In this document: positions 13,701-26,036 of the stretch, piece by piece
How positions within the stretch are numbered: the first letter of the stretch is position 1
Layout: each line of letters begins with the position of its first letter
Assembly (NCBI GenBank): GCA_973895155.1
Contig: OZ316895.1
Span: forward strand, 7,428,184-7,492,183
Direction: 5' to 3'
DNA from: Marsupella aquatica
Taxonomy: Eukaryota; Plantae; Marchantiophyta
Length of the DNA stretch: 64,000 bases
Made by a program: the position numbers and the translations under genes
Notes under the pieces: generated by a model
The model's database searches: none
Told to the model about the DNA's origin: nothing
What the model saw: only the letters and a program-made list of their open reading frames with translations

Positions 13701-14719
13701 CCGTAGCTTGCTGTAACTTTCCTTGTAGCGTCCGGGGCTATTATCAGACCTGTTATAGTTTCATTCCAAAAGTGCTCAATTAATATGGATCATAAGCTCC
13801 CCACCAGAATATCCGATTGTTAGACCATATGCACGTCCAACTCCAATTGTGATGTCCCAAATAGGTTGCAGCAAATCGACTTACCATACACGACTACAGT
13901 ATGATAACACAAATAGAAGTGAAAATCCCTCGAATAGTCTCATTCTCCTCCTTTTTCTGTTACTACAGACAGGTTTAGGGTTCAGGAAATAGAGTAAAAC
14001 CCTTATCCAGAATTTCGTGGTGCTCTCCTCCGATTGCGTGGATCAAAAATCAGAGCATCACATTGTAGCTAAGCGTGCTTATGCGTGGAAACCAATCGCA
14101 ATAAATTAGGGTAGAGAGTAAAGCCGTTTTATAATGAATTCGGGTAAGTCTTCAAAGCGTCCGTTCACTGTAACTTGTAGCGAATTCTAGGGTTCAGAGT
14201 CATTCAGTATAAGACCAATAATTGAGCGAATTGAAGGTAGCAGCAAAATGCTTCTATGCCACAGCGCTTAAGGGTTAGCGTTTCTGATGCAATCCATATT
14301 TTTCCTCTGTGATTGCTCCATTCAGAGAATTGAAAAATGACATTTCCAAATGATATGCTCATATCTCGCGAGACCTGAATCGTCGATGCTTACAATAAAC
14401 ACCTCATCACTTAAACCCTACCGTCAAGACCACGGAGTTTCGACTGTAATTACACGAATACATGTGTAGTTTTTATTTTAGCACTGCCAACTGCTCAACT
14501 TCTCCCCATTTGGAGAATTGGGACATACCGAGAGTAGAAAAAAATTTGATTCGCAATGAGTGGATCCATGGGCGGGTCGAAGACAGCCGAGGACGGAGGA
14601 GTGGTGGAGGCCGCAGACTTGACTTTCTGCTGCTCATCTTGAAATGCAAGCTCCGCAGCTCGATATCCTTTCTTCTTCAAGTACGCCAAGACCGCTTTAT
14701 CAATCTGGTCCTCCTCCAT
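7731..14719 (-). CDS. TAF5: Transcription initiation factor TFIID subunit 5 (LisH-like N-terminus, TFIID_NTD2 domain, C-terminal WD40 repeats), 19 exons, 688 aa
   Basis: Exons assembled by hand, all with GT-AG borders and consistent phase: 14719-14529, 13749-13668, 13462-13384, 13190-13093, 12597-12541, 12311-12224, 12105-11996, 11713-11612, 11197-11046, 10867-10757, 10578-10509, 10214-10166, 10043-9876, 9656-9580, 9226-9110, 9006-8741, 8560-8462, 8199-8127, 7808-7731 (2067 nt). Diagnostic peptides: [142 protein letters not shown]. Confidence 0.96.
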
Positions 14720-15537
14720 TCCCGGGCCGCAAGCTCTTCACGTAGGAAGTAGAGGAGGAGGACGAGGAGGACGAGCGCGGCAAAACAGAGCTGAGTTCAA
14801 AAAAGCAAAATTTCGCTACCAATGAGCCCTCTCCGAGCCTCTCTCTAACAGCAGCGAAATCCGCGCGCCTTCTCCATTTTCTCCGGTATGCAATGCTATG
14901 CACGAACACGAACACGAACGATCGAGCGGGCGGGCGAGCAGGAGAAACTGCATGAAACGGACGAAGCGCTTCTCCGACGATTTCGTCGTCCTTTTCCTCC
15001 CTCACGTGCTCCACGCTTCCCTCATACCTTCTATTCCTCGGAATGGAGCAATTTAGTCTTAGTACGCTCGAATGATCGGTCCCGGGGAAAGCTTTCGTTT
15101 TAGTCATTAATATTCATTAACAAACTTAATGCCCTTATTAGTGATTTTCCCCTAACTTAATGCCCTTTTTCATCTTTCCCTTTGTATTCTTCCCAGGGCA
15201 GTGACTTAATGCTCTTCTTGATGTTTCGCTTTGTATTTTCCAGGGCATTCTGGGAGCATATCAACCCTCTCAAGATGAGCATCATCCCTTTGGGAAGATT
15301 CTCTGCTATTTTACTTAAATATAGAACAAGTAAAAATTCTCTCGGGAAGTACCAGAAGCACATATATAAGAGCTACCGGTTAGCTTTCATAATAAAGTGC
15401 ACAACATTCAATTTCACTAGGAATGGGCTTGGGCTTCACCATTTATGGTGAGCAGACTGTTCAACACATCACAATAATACGGTAGTGAGGCAAGCAAAGG
15501 GGCTTCTATATGGGCAGGTGTGGTCTAAGTGTACTAA

Positions 15538-15638
15538 GGTCCTGTTTCCTGACCATTATGGGCAATAATAGCCTTTGAAGTTGAAGCTCTTTTTTGGGGG
15601 GGCATTATATCCCATCATCATGCCCTCTAAACAGGACC
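15538..15638. mobile_element. Tourist-like (PIF/Harbinger) MITE, 101 bp
   Basis: 10-bp perfect TIR GGTCCTGTTT / AAACAGGACC flanked by TAA / TGA (3-bp TWA-type TSD with one mismatch). Confidence 0.65.
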
Positions 15639-17076
15639 TGAGTGTGTACTTAATTAGTTAGAGGACCCTTAGGTTATGTAACTTGTTTTATTGAACTATT
15701 TGGAGCCATGAAGAGTTGCACATTGGAATGGATAGATGAGAGGACAAAGATTAAATGGAGGATTCTACATGAACTGAATTTTAAAGGAAGTTAGGACAAT
15801 TTCATTGAAGACAAATAGGAATACATTCATGGTAATACCAATGGTAATTGTCCATGCAAAAGGTTTTGCTTAGTAAGGTCCTTATGTCTATACAACACAT
15901 ATAACATTTCATATAGTTCATGCAAAATATCACTTTGTCCATAGTAGTTTAAATGTCTTAGAGTCACTTGGTATTTCTCTACCCATAGTAGTTATGGTGT
16001 TTCTTATGTTTGGTTTTTACTCCTCTATCCATAGTAGCCAAAGGGTTTCTTAAGTTACCTTGGTAAATATTAGAGAAGTTGAAAAGTTTCTTGAGTTTCT
16101 TATGTTACCTTGGCAAATGTTAGGGTAGTTGAAGAGTTTTTTCTACTTGTCATTATTTCAAAAATTTATAAATTAAATAGACTATTGAAACAAATGACCA
16201 GAAAACATTGATATATAAATCACAACTTATCCAAAAATTATTGTCTTTCACCCCTGTTTTACCCTTTTCTTTGTTTACTTGACATGTTACTTTTCAGTTT
16301 TCCATTGTTTGTACAATTGCACTGCAAGGTCTAATTGTTTTTCTTTGCCTTAAACACAAATAGTCAAATTTGGTTCTTCTTACATAACTAACCGTTCTTG
16401 TTTGTGATAAATCATGCTAGTGTGACTGCACGTGCATCCAAGAATTTTGGAAGTAACTTCCATGGGGGTCAGTAAACAATGCCGAAGACAAAAGAAAATC
16501 CTGCAAAAAATTAATTTATAATAATGTTGTTTCTCATTCATATTTGTCTCCATCCCTCTTTCTTGGTTAACCTCACTTTCAGTTTTGTCATTATTGAAAG
16601 TTATGGTCTAGAGGCTTTACTCTTGATCATAGCCCTGGAGAGTAGTTTTTTTATCCAATGCTTTATTTGTAAGATTGTTGCTTACTAGAATTTGAAGCCT
16701 ACATGGAACACATTTACCAAAATTTGAGTTTAATTATAATAACTTGATATTCATAGACTCAAATATTTTTAGTTTGGGAAAATGTGCAAGAGGAGTAGGT
16801 ATACTAAACTTCAATGAAAGAGACAATGAATTTTGGCAAATTTGGTTGAATTTTTCATCATGAACTGCAGAGGGGTAGATTAATGGATTACTTTTCATTG
16901 TGTTAATATGATGAAATATTTGGGCTTGTGATTTTTTTATATCTCCTCCTTCTCTAGTTGCCTTGGAGGTGCAAAATTTTTTAATTTTTTTTAATAATCA
17001 TTAAGGTATGGGAGCACTCGATTATTGTTGCATGTTTGGTCCTGTCATTCAATGCTACTCATTAGTGCACTTAATT

Positions 17077-17243
17077 TGCTTGATAGACCCCCAAAATGAA
17101 ACTTGTTACTTGATTGACCCCCTGGGGTCTATGAACGGCCCAGATCTGAGATTGAAAGGTCCATCAACTGTCCAGATTGGGGAAAAGTACGTATTGAGGA
17201 GGTTGATTAAGCAAACTTTTTCCAGAAGGGGGTCTTCTAAGCA
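17077..17243. mobile_element. Degenerate palindromic MITE-like element related to 6094-6248
   Basis: TGCTTGATAGACCCCC...CTTGATTGACC versus GGTTGATTAAGC...GGGGGTCTTCTAAGCA (inverted). Confidence 0.45.
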
Positions 17244-20200
17244 TATCCCTCTAGTTAAAGACATGCCTCACATTTTGTAATGTTACCTACCGTGTCGGAT
17301 CCACATAAGGGCCAAGTTTGTTCCACACTAGTTGTCCGAGCAAACATAGCCTAGTGGTAGTCCTCATCCCAGCAAGTGAGGTTTGTGAGTTCAAGCTTTA
17401 TAAGTTAATTACCCTGGCTGGCCCAGTCGCAAAGCATATTAGGTTCTCTAAAGTATTGCTCATTATCATGCATAGGTGAACGGGTAGGTAAACAACTGAG
17501 GGTGTATGCCTTCACTTTTTCAGTGTGTACCTGGTAAGTGGATCCCCAAAAAGGGTAGAGTTCGCCAACATCAGTCATTCTAACAGGCATAGCCAGGCTC
17601 AATCTTCATTCATTTGCAACAATTGAAAAATTTGAGTTCAAGCTTTTCTACTCAACCAGCATTTGCACAAACCTCATCCCAAAGTGGCTTCCTTAAAGCC
17701 TTTTGCACATGAAAGACATAATTTAGAAAACTTGGAGGCCCCTGACTCTCCTGTCACCTCAAAATCAAAACAAGCAGGCTGGCAGCAACTAAGAATGTGA
17801 GGGGAGGGATTGGAGAAATAATTTTCCCAAGAATACACTATCTTTGCATGGCATCAAATGATTGAATTGGCACTAAGGGAATGAAACTTAGACACATTAT
17901 TTTGTGCTGAGGTGGGATGGACACAAATGTTTGGCACAATGCCTGGATGTCCTCCTACTTTCTGTCAATGGAGCAGCCTCCATTTGCTGTCCCTTGATTC
18001 GAGCCTTGATTACCATGGCTGTGGTGTATATAACCTCTTAGCCTTCCATATCATGACACTAACCTGGTTCCAAGAGTATAGTGACTCTCGACACTTTGAG
18101 GTTTCCATGCAAGTGGCAATGTCCGAGGTATGTGTCCATCCCACTTTTCACATCGGAACTTGGATGCTTTAGCCCAAGCAAATATGTTTAATCTCCCTCC
18201 TCATTGGTCCAGGCACAAGAGCCACATTTGACTTGATAAAAGCAAGGTTTCATGGGTAGGCGCTCCTGACATGATGTTATTAACTAAGGTACAAGCACTA
18301 CTAGGTATGCTAGGTTTGCATGACGTATGCGCAAAACAAATTCCATGTTGTAGGACAATGAATACTTTACTGCCTTATAGCATCCCCACCAGTTTGACTA
18401 GATCGTCCCCTAGTTGTACTTTTGGATATATTATCTGATATAGCCAACAATGTAGTCGGCAACGTTTAGGTCTCCATTGGTTCTCTTTCTATTGCGGATT
18501 ATTCTTTGTCTCCTAGAGACTTTTGTGATCACTCAAATTGTTAGGGATGTTATGTCCTAGTTACTGGTCTTGTGAGAATAAAGCCCCTCAAAACTTGGGC
18601 TACCGCCCTTGTATTTTTTTGTTTTTTTTTATTTGTTTATTTGTTTTTTTTTGTGGGGGGTTATATATTTCACAATGTCCTCTAACCAGGACATTATTGC
18701 ACTCGGGATTGCAGAAACGCCGACAAAAATTTATGTAGTGGACTTTAATCTACATCACCAACCCTAGCCCGAGCTTGAATGTAGTAGACCACTGGCATCT
18801 GTACATTTTACAAAATCATCAAATGTGAAGAGATAGTTGCAAAGCCATAGTTGCCCAGTGACCAGACTGGTGCTCCCAATCAAATGATTCACACTGTGAG
18901 ATTTGTTGCATGTTCTCTTTGCTGGACTCGTAACTTTATCTTACTATACCTTCTTGCCAATTGCTTGACGTCTTCCATGGATCACCTCCGATATTCTTGC
19001 CATTCCTTGACATCTTCAATGGATGGATGCCCCCTATAAGCCCCATGGTTATGAGATTCCCGCTAGCTTACTGTCCATGCACAGGATCTTGAAGTCCACT
19101 AGGATTTTTGTTTAAACTTTGCAGTGCAGGTTTCTACCACATTGCTCAGGGCATTTGTATTTGTGAATGCCTGGGGCAAGTTTTTGATCAGTTATTAAAT
19201 ACAAAAATCTGAGTCAAGCTCCAAGCCCCCTAAATCCCTTTCACAATGAAAACGTTGGCACCTAGGGCAGCACCTTGGGCAGGCAGCCTAAGTCTTTATG
19301 CTGCCCTCGTGAAAGGCTTTTAATATACACATGTCAGTTGGACGTTAAGAAACCCATGACCAACCCTGGGTAAATTTACCTGTTTATCCTGAGTCTATAA
19401 TCATTCTTCACATTTGAGGAACTTTTCCAACTAAAACTAGCTAAGGGGCCCTTTGTGATATCTGGGACACATGTGAGTTATACGTTAAAGAGAGGGTGAA
19501 ATGAAAGGTATATCACTGTTGTTAAGCCCAAAAAAAATGAATAACCATAATTTCTTGCATCCACAGAGATTGATTCATGAAACTCTGGTAGAGATTGTAA
19601 GGGATTTTATGATAATGTTGTCTCAAACTGTCTCATTTCAGTCCAGCAGAACTGGCAGTGGCTTAGAGCAAAGTACATCCCAAAGCCCTTCTAACAATTC
19701 CAGCCCCTATTATAATTTACAATCCTCAGTAACTCAAAGGAGAAACTACTCTCAATTCACCCTTCATCTGTGCCTAAGTAAGAGGTGACTCACCCCAATT
19801 TGACCACATTACTACTCTGACTCACCCCAATTTGGCCACATTACCTTAAGATACCCGTCTATGACCCAACCTGGACAAGGTTTGACTCGACAGGTTGCAA
19901 ATCTCAACACAAAGTCAGGGTCAACACCACTCCTGTTTCAAGCATGACTTTTCATGCTCTCATCTTCCCCAAAATTTATGACGAACACCTTTTTGAGTAG
20001 GCAATGAAATTCATCGAAAGAGTGCTTTAGTTCTCAATCGTCATGCATGTGGAACAGCTTTGCAATTGATAATTGTCGAAACTCTTCAGGATAAATCTCG
20101 GAAACTCATCGGCATCTTGGGCAGGCAGAATGCATGAGGGTGGCCGGAGCTGAATGCAGTTGAGCATGATTCTGGTGACTGCTTTCGCAACCACTGCACA

Positions 20201-22158
20201 TTGCACCGCTTCATTGGTACCTCTCTCCCCCGGAGTTAAAGCCAAATGAATGATGATGGACAGTTTCATCATAGCTTGGCCTGGCACAAGATAGATCAAT
20301 GGCTGGCTTCGAGATTCAAAAAGTAACTACGAGAACTTCTACACTGGATCGATTGTATTCATTGTGAACCTTCTCTGTCTGTGAGATTACTACAGTGGCT
20401 CGATCGATTGTATGTGAACCATCTGAGTCTGTGAGATTTCTACAGTCAGTGGCTCGATGTGTTCATCGGAGTGGACCTGTAATTGGACTGGAGCTGCTAC
20501 TGTTGCTGATTCACAATTGCAGTACAGGCTGTTCGTGTGCTGCGAAACGGTTGAGATGATTAACAGTGCATGATTAGCGCGCATGGGCGCGCAGCGAGCT
20601 GTAGTCCAGTGATCAACAAATCTGGGTGCTTACAATGTAAGCGAATTTACTGGGATACGACCAGCACGATTGAGAGGTATTCTGTGGAGCAAGGTGAGCT
20701 TCGTGCTCGCGTGTATATACTTACGTGTTGGTTCTGCATGCTGTAGGCTTTACCGAATCTACAGTAGTAGAGAGACATGAATGGGCACGCCAACGAAGTT
20801 CTTTCAGACCGTGAAACACATCTTGTGCAGCTCCTGAAAACTCGGCCTCAATGTGGGCTCACTAAATGCAGAATCGTGCACTGTAGGAAGCAAGAGAAAG
20901 CGAACCTTTCGGCTCGTTGCAACACGATCTATCAGTTTGAACTTGCATGAGTGTACCTTAATTTGGTTCAGGGATCGAGGATGCAATGTGTGCTCACCCT
21001 TGCAACCTGTACTAGGAGAGGGCCGTCTGATCTATGACTCGTAACAACCACCTCTGAAAACCTGTAGTGCACTCGCCAGTGTATGTACTTTCAAAGGGTT
21101 ATCGATGCATCGATCGCTAGATAACGAATGCTAGTCCTCCTCGGGAGGCATGCATAAGGTGGCACAGTGTACGATTGTGCATCACGTACACTTTGTTAGA
21201 TGGCGCGGCACCTCACTTGCTAACTCAGTTTCAATCGTTCATGCTCGAGGTGACCTGATTGCCAGTCATTCCTTTCAGTTTTGCTATCGCAACTGAGAAG
21301 GATTTCCGAAAGCTTTGTCACTTGCATCGTAAGCGATTCGTATGCCAAAACTGCTGGACAAGCGTAACTAATCCAGATTCCTAGATTCTTCTCGGTTTCT
21401 CTCGATGATCACTCTCTTGGCTCCGGATTTAAGGCACATCGTTCCCGGTTCGTGTCTAGCAAGAGCGGATGATCAATTGAGGCCTGTAAGGCAGCCGACG
21501 GACTTGAATTGTACGTGACAGGTTCCGATCAATTAAGGTCGAGAGTGACTGAGCAATTACTGCACCAATCTTGCTGCTTTGGCCTTGTCGTCCGACTTTA
21601 GTGATAGCTGGGATAATGTGACCTTGTGATCTACCTGCGGGACCGTGGTACGACGTCCTGGAATCTAAAGACGTGACCGCAGATTGCACCATACATGAGG
21701 GAAAGAGGAGCTAGGACCGAATCCTGTACCGAGGTCTCAGCTACACAAGTGTCCTTGGCCCGTCCAGGTGGGTGGGCCGCTGCATTCTTTCCAGAGATTG
21801 AGCCTTTCGTTTGAGTCCAGCTTTCATTTAATTTCTTTTTGTCCCAAGATCCGCACGGTCTGGGATGTAAGTTTCCTTGCGACGGTCGTCGTCCACATAA
21901 TAAATCTCTTCACCGCCTGTTCTTGATTCAAATTGGATAGCGTGATAATAAATCTCTTCACCGCCGTCCGTTTCAAATTGAGTAGCGTGATTTGGATTCT
22001 GCAGCCCTTGGCTGCTGTCACCGCTACATTGATTGCTCGGAGGCTGGTTGACTTGGTCGGGCTACCTCCGGAGTAAATTCACCGTCTCTAGATCGTTTGA
22101 TTTTTCCGCTTTGCAAGTCTCAACATTTGTCTTTTGTGTCTATCATACAGGTTCAACT

Positions 22159-22162
<4 letters not shown>

Positions 22163-22203
<41 letters not shown>
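22163..22203 (+). repeat. (CT)n microsatellite, probably in the 5' leader of the GT37 gene
   Basis: About 20 CT units just after a good splice acceptor (TTTTGTGTCTATCATACAG ending at 22150). Confidence 0.9.
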
Positions 22204-22205
<2 letters not shown>

Positions 22206-22478
22206 AATTCACTGAGTGGAGGATGTGCTGGTTTGACGACTGAAGTCACCTGCTGTTATCAGAGGAACTTTCGGGAGAACTGCAGAAGCAATTTTACTCA
22301 ACAGGATTTCATGTTGCTGTGATCGATCAGAGGAGGCTCGGGGAGAAGTGCAGAATCATCTTACTCCTGAAGACGATTATACAGATAGTAGGCAATTATA
22401 GGTTTATCACGCTTCAGCCCGACTGTAGTAACTTAACTAAGGGGCAACTGCAAAGGAGCTCGACAAGAGCAGCTACAG

Positions 22479-24278
22479 ATGGTTGGCAGTTGTAAATGCA
22501 GGAAATTCGATATGACGGTGTTGGGCGGATATAGTACTACCAAACTTAATTCACGGCCAGGAATTCTGTCCACGTTGCTAGCCCTTTTCTTCGTGGTGTA
22601 CTTCACCACGGCGCTGCTCACAGCATCTCCCGCCTTGGTCATCGAGGCAAATCGAGCTGCAAATCCAGAACCCATCCTGCGACTGTCCGCGAAGCTGCGA
22701 TCCGAGAATCGGCACCCGCCGGCCTTCTCAGCTCCGGTGAAGAAGTTGCTAAGAGATCTCAAGGCAGCCACACGCGCAGCTGAACGCGGGGGCGTACCAT
22801 TCTCGTACACGGAGGAAGAACAAACGAGATGGAACAGGGAGAATCCGTGCCGGGCTCGTTCAGAGCTTCCATTGCTGTATGCTCAAAGGGATTCCACGAT
22901 GATAGAAAGGAATCATCAATGGGAGGCTGTTTTGGACGAGTACTCGAGTCTCCACCGGACTTGCATTCGGAAAATTGCGAATCTGACCGATTATTTCCTC
23001 AAAGGCAGCACTGTGCCAGGATGCAAATTCGTGACAGGAGAGTCGTTGTTCGGTTTGGGAAACCAGATCACATATGCGGCATCAGTGGTGTTGTATGGAA
23101 TTCTGACCCAGCGAGTAGTTCTCTTCTACCAGTGGAGTTCTTGGGTCCCGGCTGTGATGTGTGAGCCCTTCGAAGGATCCTCATGGAAACTCCCATACGA
23201 ACTGCACCATCTGAACGAACGGAAGCAGACGCCTCTGGGTACCAATGACAAGGTTACATCGAATTCCACTCAGAGGTTTCTTGATTGGGTAGATAGAGAG
23301 AAGACGAAGGCGAGCAGAAACATTCATTTGGGTGAGCATCAGTCGCAGATAATTTACCACACCGATTTTGACGATGGATGGCAGCCAGTGGACAGGTTCT
23401 TCTGTGAGTCTGAGCAGGAGCTTCTCTCTCAAGTGAGATGGGTGTCTATGGCTGGCTGCCTTTACTTCATGCCCAAGCTATTCGCTGTGACTTCATTCCG
23501 GCCGACTCTGGAGGCTCTCTTCCCCGACCGGATGGCTCTTACTCATCTCCTCAGAACGGTCTTCTTCCCTTACAACGTTGCTTGGGATCGCATACAGAGA
23601 CAGAACGAGTTGTTCCTTAGCCAGGCTGAGAAGCGAGTGAGCATCCAAATGCGGTATCGTATGATGGACGAGCACTCGCAACTGCACGACTCTGTGAACC
23701 AAAAGACAATCCGCTGTCTGTTGGCGAACGGAGTTCTTCCCAATGTTTCCGACGACGGCGTCCACAATGCGTTCCACTCGAAGTACTTAGCCGGGGGCCT
23801 GTCCAAACCTTCAACCACCAAGGTGTTGATAACCTCTCTCCACACCGATTTGTATGACCTTCTGCAGCAGAAGTACCTCCGCTTTCCGACCGACACCGGG
23901 GAGAGCGTTGGGTTCGTCCAACTCAGCCATGAATCTGATCAGCAGTGGGGTTTCGAGCCGCACACACAGGCGTTAGCCGAAATCATTCTCCTCAGTCTGA
24001 CCGACGAGCTACTCGTCACCCCATTGTCCACCTTCGGAGGTGTTGCCCAGGCATACGGCGGCTTGAAGCCATGGATTGTGGACCACACTAAGGACAACTC
24101 TGGCTCGGCCTGCGTTCGAGCTACATCCGTGGATCTCTGCTACCAGGAAGCAAATGACACGTTCTCATGTCCCCACGATCCGGACGTGCACCGCAAGAAG
24201 GTCTATGAACACGTCCCCTCGCTCGAAAAATGCCTCGAAATAGATTCACCCTCAGGTTTAGTTCTCATCACAAGCTGA
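22479..24278 (+). CDS. Glycosyltransferase family 37 (xyloglucan/AGP alpha-1,2-fucosyltransferase-like), type II Golgi membrane protein, single coding exon, 599 aa
   Basis: Uninterrupted ORF with an N-terminal TM helix (GILSTLLALFFVVYFTTALL) and GT37 motifs: CKFV..GLGNQ..LYGILTQRVVL, MCEPFEGSSW, FRPTLEALFP, WDRI..FLSQAEKRVSIQMR, VLITSL, ALAEIILLSLTDELLVTPLSTFGGVAQAYGGLKPW. An alternative start at ATG 22512 is possible. Confidence 0.92.
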   Translation: MVGSCKCRKFDMTVLGGYSTTKLNSRPGILSTLLALFFVVYFTTALLTASPALVIEANRAANPEPILRLSAKLRSENRHPPAFSAPVKKLLRDLKAATRAAERGGVPFSYTEEEQTRWNRENPCRARSELPLLYAQRDSTMIERNHQWEAVLDEYSSLHRTCIRKIANLTDYFLKGSTVPGCKFVTGESLFGLGNQITYAASVVLYGILTQRVVLFYQWSSWVPAVMCEPFEGSSWKLPYELHHLNERKQTPLGTNDKVTSNSTQRFLDWVDREKTKASRNIHLGEHQSQIIYHTDFDDGWQPVDRFFCESEQELLSQVRWVSMAGCLYFMPKLFAVTSFRPTLEALFPDRMALTHLLRTVFFPYNVAWDRIQRQNELFLSQAEKRVSIQMRYRMMDEHSQLHDSVNQKTIRCLLANGVLPNVSDDGVHNAFHSKYLAGGLSKPSTTKVLITSLHTDLYDLLQQKYLRFPTDTGESVGFVQLSHESDQQWGFEPHTQALAEIILLSLTDELLVTPLSTFGGVAQAYGGLKPWIVDHTKDNSGSACVRATSVDLCYQEANDTFSCPHDPDVHRKKVYEHVPSLEKCLEIDSPSGLVLITS

Positions 24279-26036
24279 CATCCATTAAATTAGTTCAGCT
24301 TACTGTCTAGTGCAGCTTAATTACTCACCCGTCCCGTCCAAAAGGGGATCGGCGGAATTGGGTTATGGTAGATGATCGACAATCATTCAATTTTGCGGTG
24401 ATCATAAAACACTGTATCGATAACAAAAAGTTGTCAAAGGATTCTGTACAGGAGTCGGTGTCCTTCCACTTTCATTTTACATGACACAGTACCTACAGCA
24501 GCATTTTCGGATAACGCCATCACAGCCAGCCCTGACCGCATCGGATTGGTTTCAGGAACTTACCAAAGATGCTTGGATGCACAGTCCACAACCAATTCAA
24601 GCAGCATCATTTTTTCACAGATCAGGTCTGGACAATCTGAATCGAAGCCATTCAAAGCTAAACTTCTCGTTCTCCACGCCTAAGTTTTCGATCTCTTAGA
24701 ATAACCATTCTAAAGTTATAAAAAATAATCTACATGATTCGAGTCTCCAGTTTCAGTTTGGATAAGCTTGGACCGCCAATGGGAAGTCGGCACTTTGGAT
24801 TACTTCGCACCTGCCAATTCAATTATTCAATCATATGTATTGACACTTTGACTCCTCCCTCACACAAAGTAGATTGTATCTTTCCAATGGATTGCGTTTC
24901 ATCATCGGCCTATTACAATCCTGCACGCAAAGCTCAAGAATTCGGCAATTTCATGATCCTTGCAAACTTCTAAATTCTAACCAACTTTTCCAGGTGAACA
25001 GAGATTGTGATGACGTTGAGCCCTCACCGGAATCCCTGCGTCTGTGGTTCCTCAAGAGGTTTCTACATTAATTAGAGCTACCCTCCGACCCTAGCTTGTC
25101 GAATCTATACAGCATATCATACTGACAATTTCGCGGTGGCAATTGACTTCGACCGTTTCCTTCTCTTTGACCTGCTCTCTTCGCTTCACGAGGTTCTTCA
25201 GGAGGAACCGAGTTGGTCCCCAAGTCCACTTAAGTCCAACCTCTCGGGAATCCTCCCAATGCGACGATAATCGAACCATCCATCCCCCTTGCAGCCAATT
25301 TCCGAAAATCTGAACTTCTATGACGGGATTTGTTCCAAACACTAGAGTACTTTCATTCGTTTAGATTTGAAAGTGTCGAGTCACGCATTTTCAACTAATT
25401 AAGACGGAGTCATGAGGGAACGACCTGGAAGTCAAATCTCATCTGTTCAATCATTTTGTTGAAACCTGCACACTGATAAGAGAGCTAAGCTGTAGATACC
25501 ACCTCTTAATCCACCACGGTCGTGCACGCAGCTGAGCCTCCTAGTAGGTAGCACATAGAATTTAGATCAATGGTGCTGCCGTTGGGGAATGGGCCGCCAT
25601 GGAAGTACCAGGCATCCGTAGTACCCACTATTGTCCTGTCGCCAAATCCTGTACTTGCTTGCACTTCCTGTGGGTCGCACTCGGTTGGCAGGGCCGGACG
25701 GCAAAACGGTAACGAATCGATGGACACGCGAAAAGCTTCGTCGATTGTTGGGGAACCACATCATTCTACAAAGGATGATAGATCGATCCCGACTCGAGAG
25801 CCCAAGTGGGTAAATTATTGCAGACATTGCTCAAGTGGGGAGCCATGCTCAGGGTTTAGCTTGGCTGCCTACTTACTGCTCTCTAGAATGTATTTTGGCC
25901 CTCAAAAATTCAGCCTTGAAAGTCACAAAATTTCGTGAATTAAGCCTTGAGCTCGTGACTCATGACCACAGAATTGTCAGGTTTTTTTTTTTTGGAAGGT
26001 CAGGAGTGCAAGGGGCTGGAATATTTGCGCACCTTG

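Noticed and set aside
14322-14410. Box C/D snoRNA in TAF5 intron 1 (minus strand GTGATGA...CTGA)
   Set aside because: No terminal stem and no rRNA-complementary guide recognised; likely chance.
14700-15107. 135-aa ORF overlapping the TAF5 start out of frame (possible uORF)
   Set aside because: Low-complexity leader-type sequence, and its ATG probably lies upstream of the TSS; cannot be supported without TSS data.
24994-25830. Exon-like pieces downstream of GT37 (VNRDCDDVEPSPESLRLWFLK; YHTDNFAVAIDFDRFLL; minus-strand CDPQEVQASTGFGDRTIVG)
   Set aside because: Splice phases could not be joined without stops and no family was recognised.
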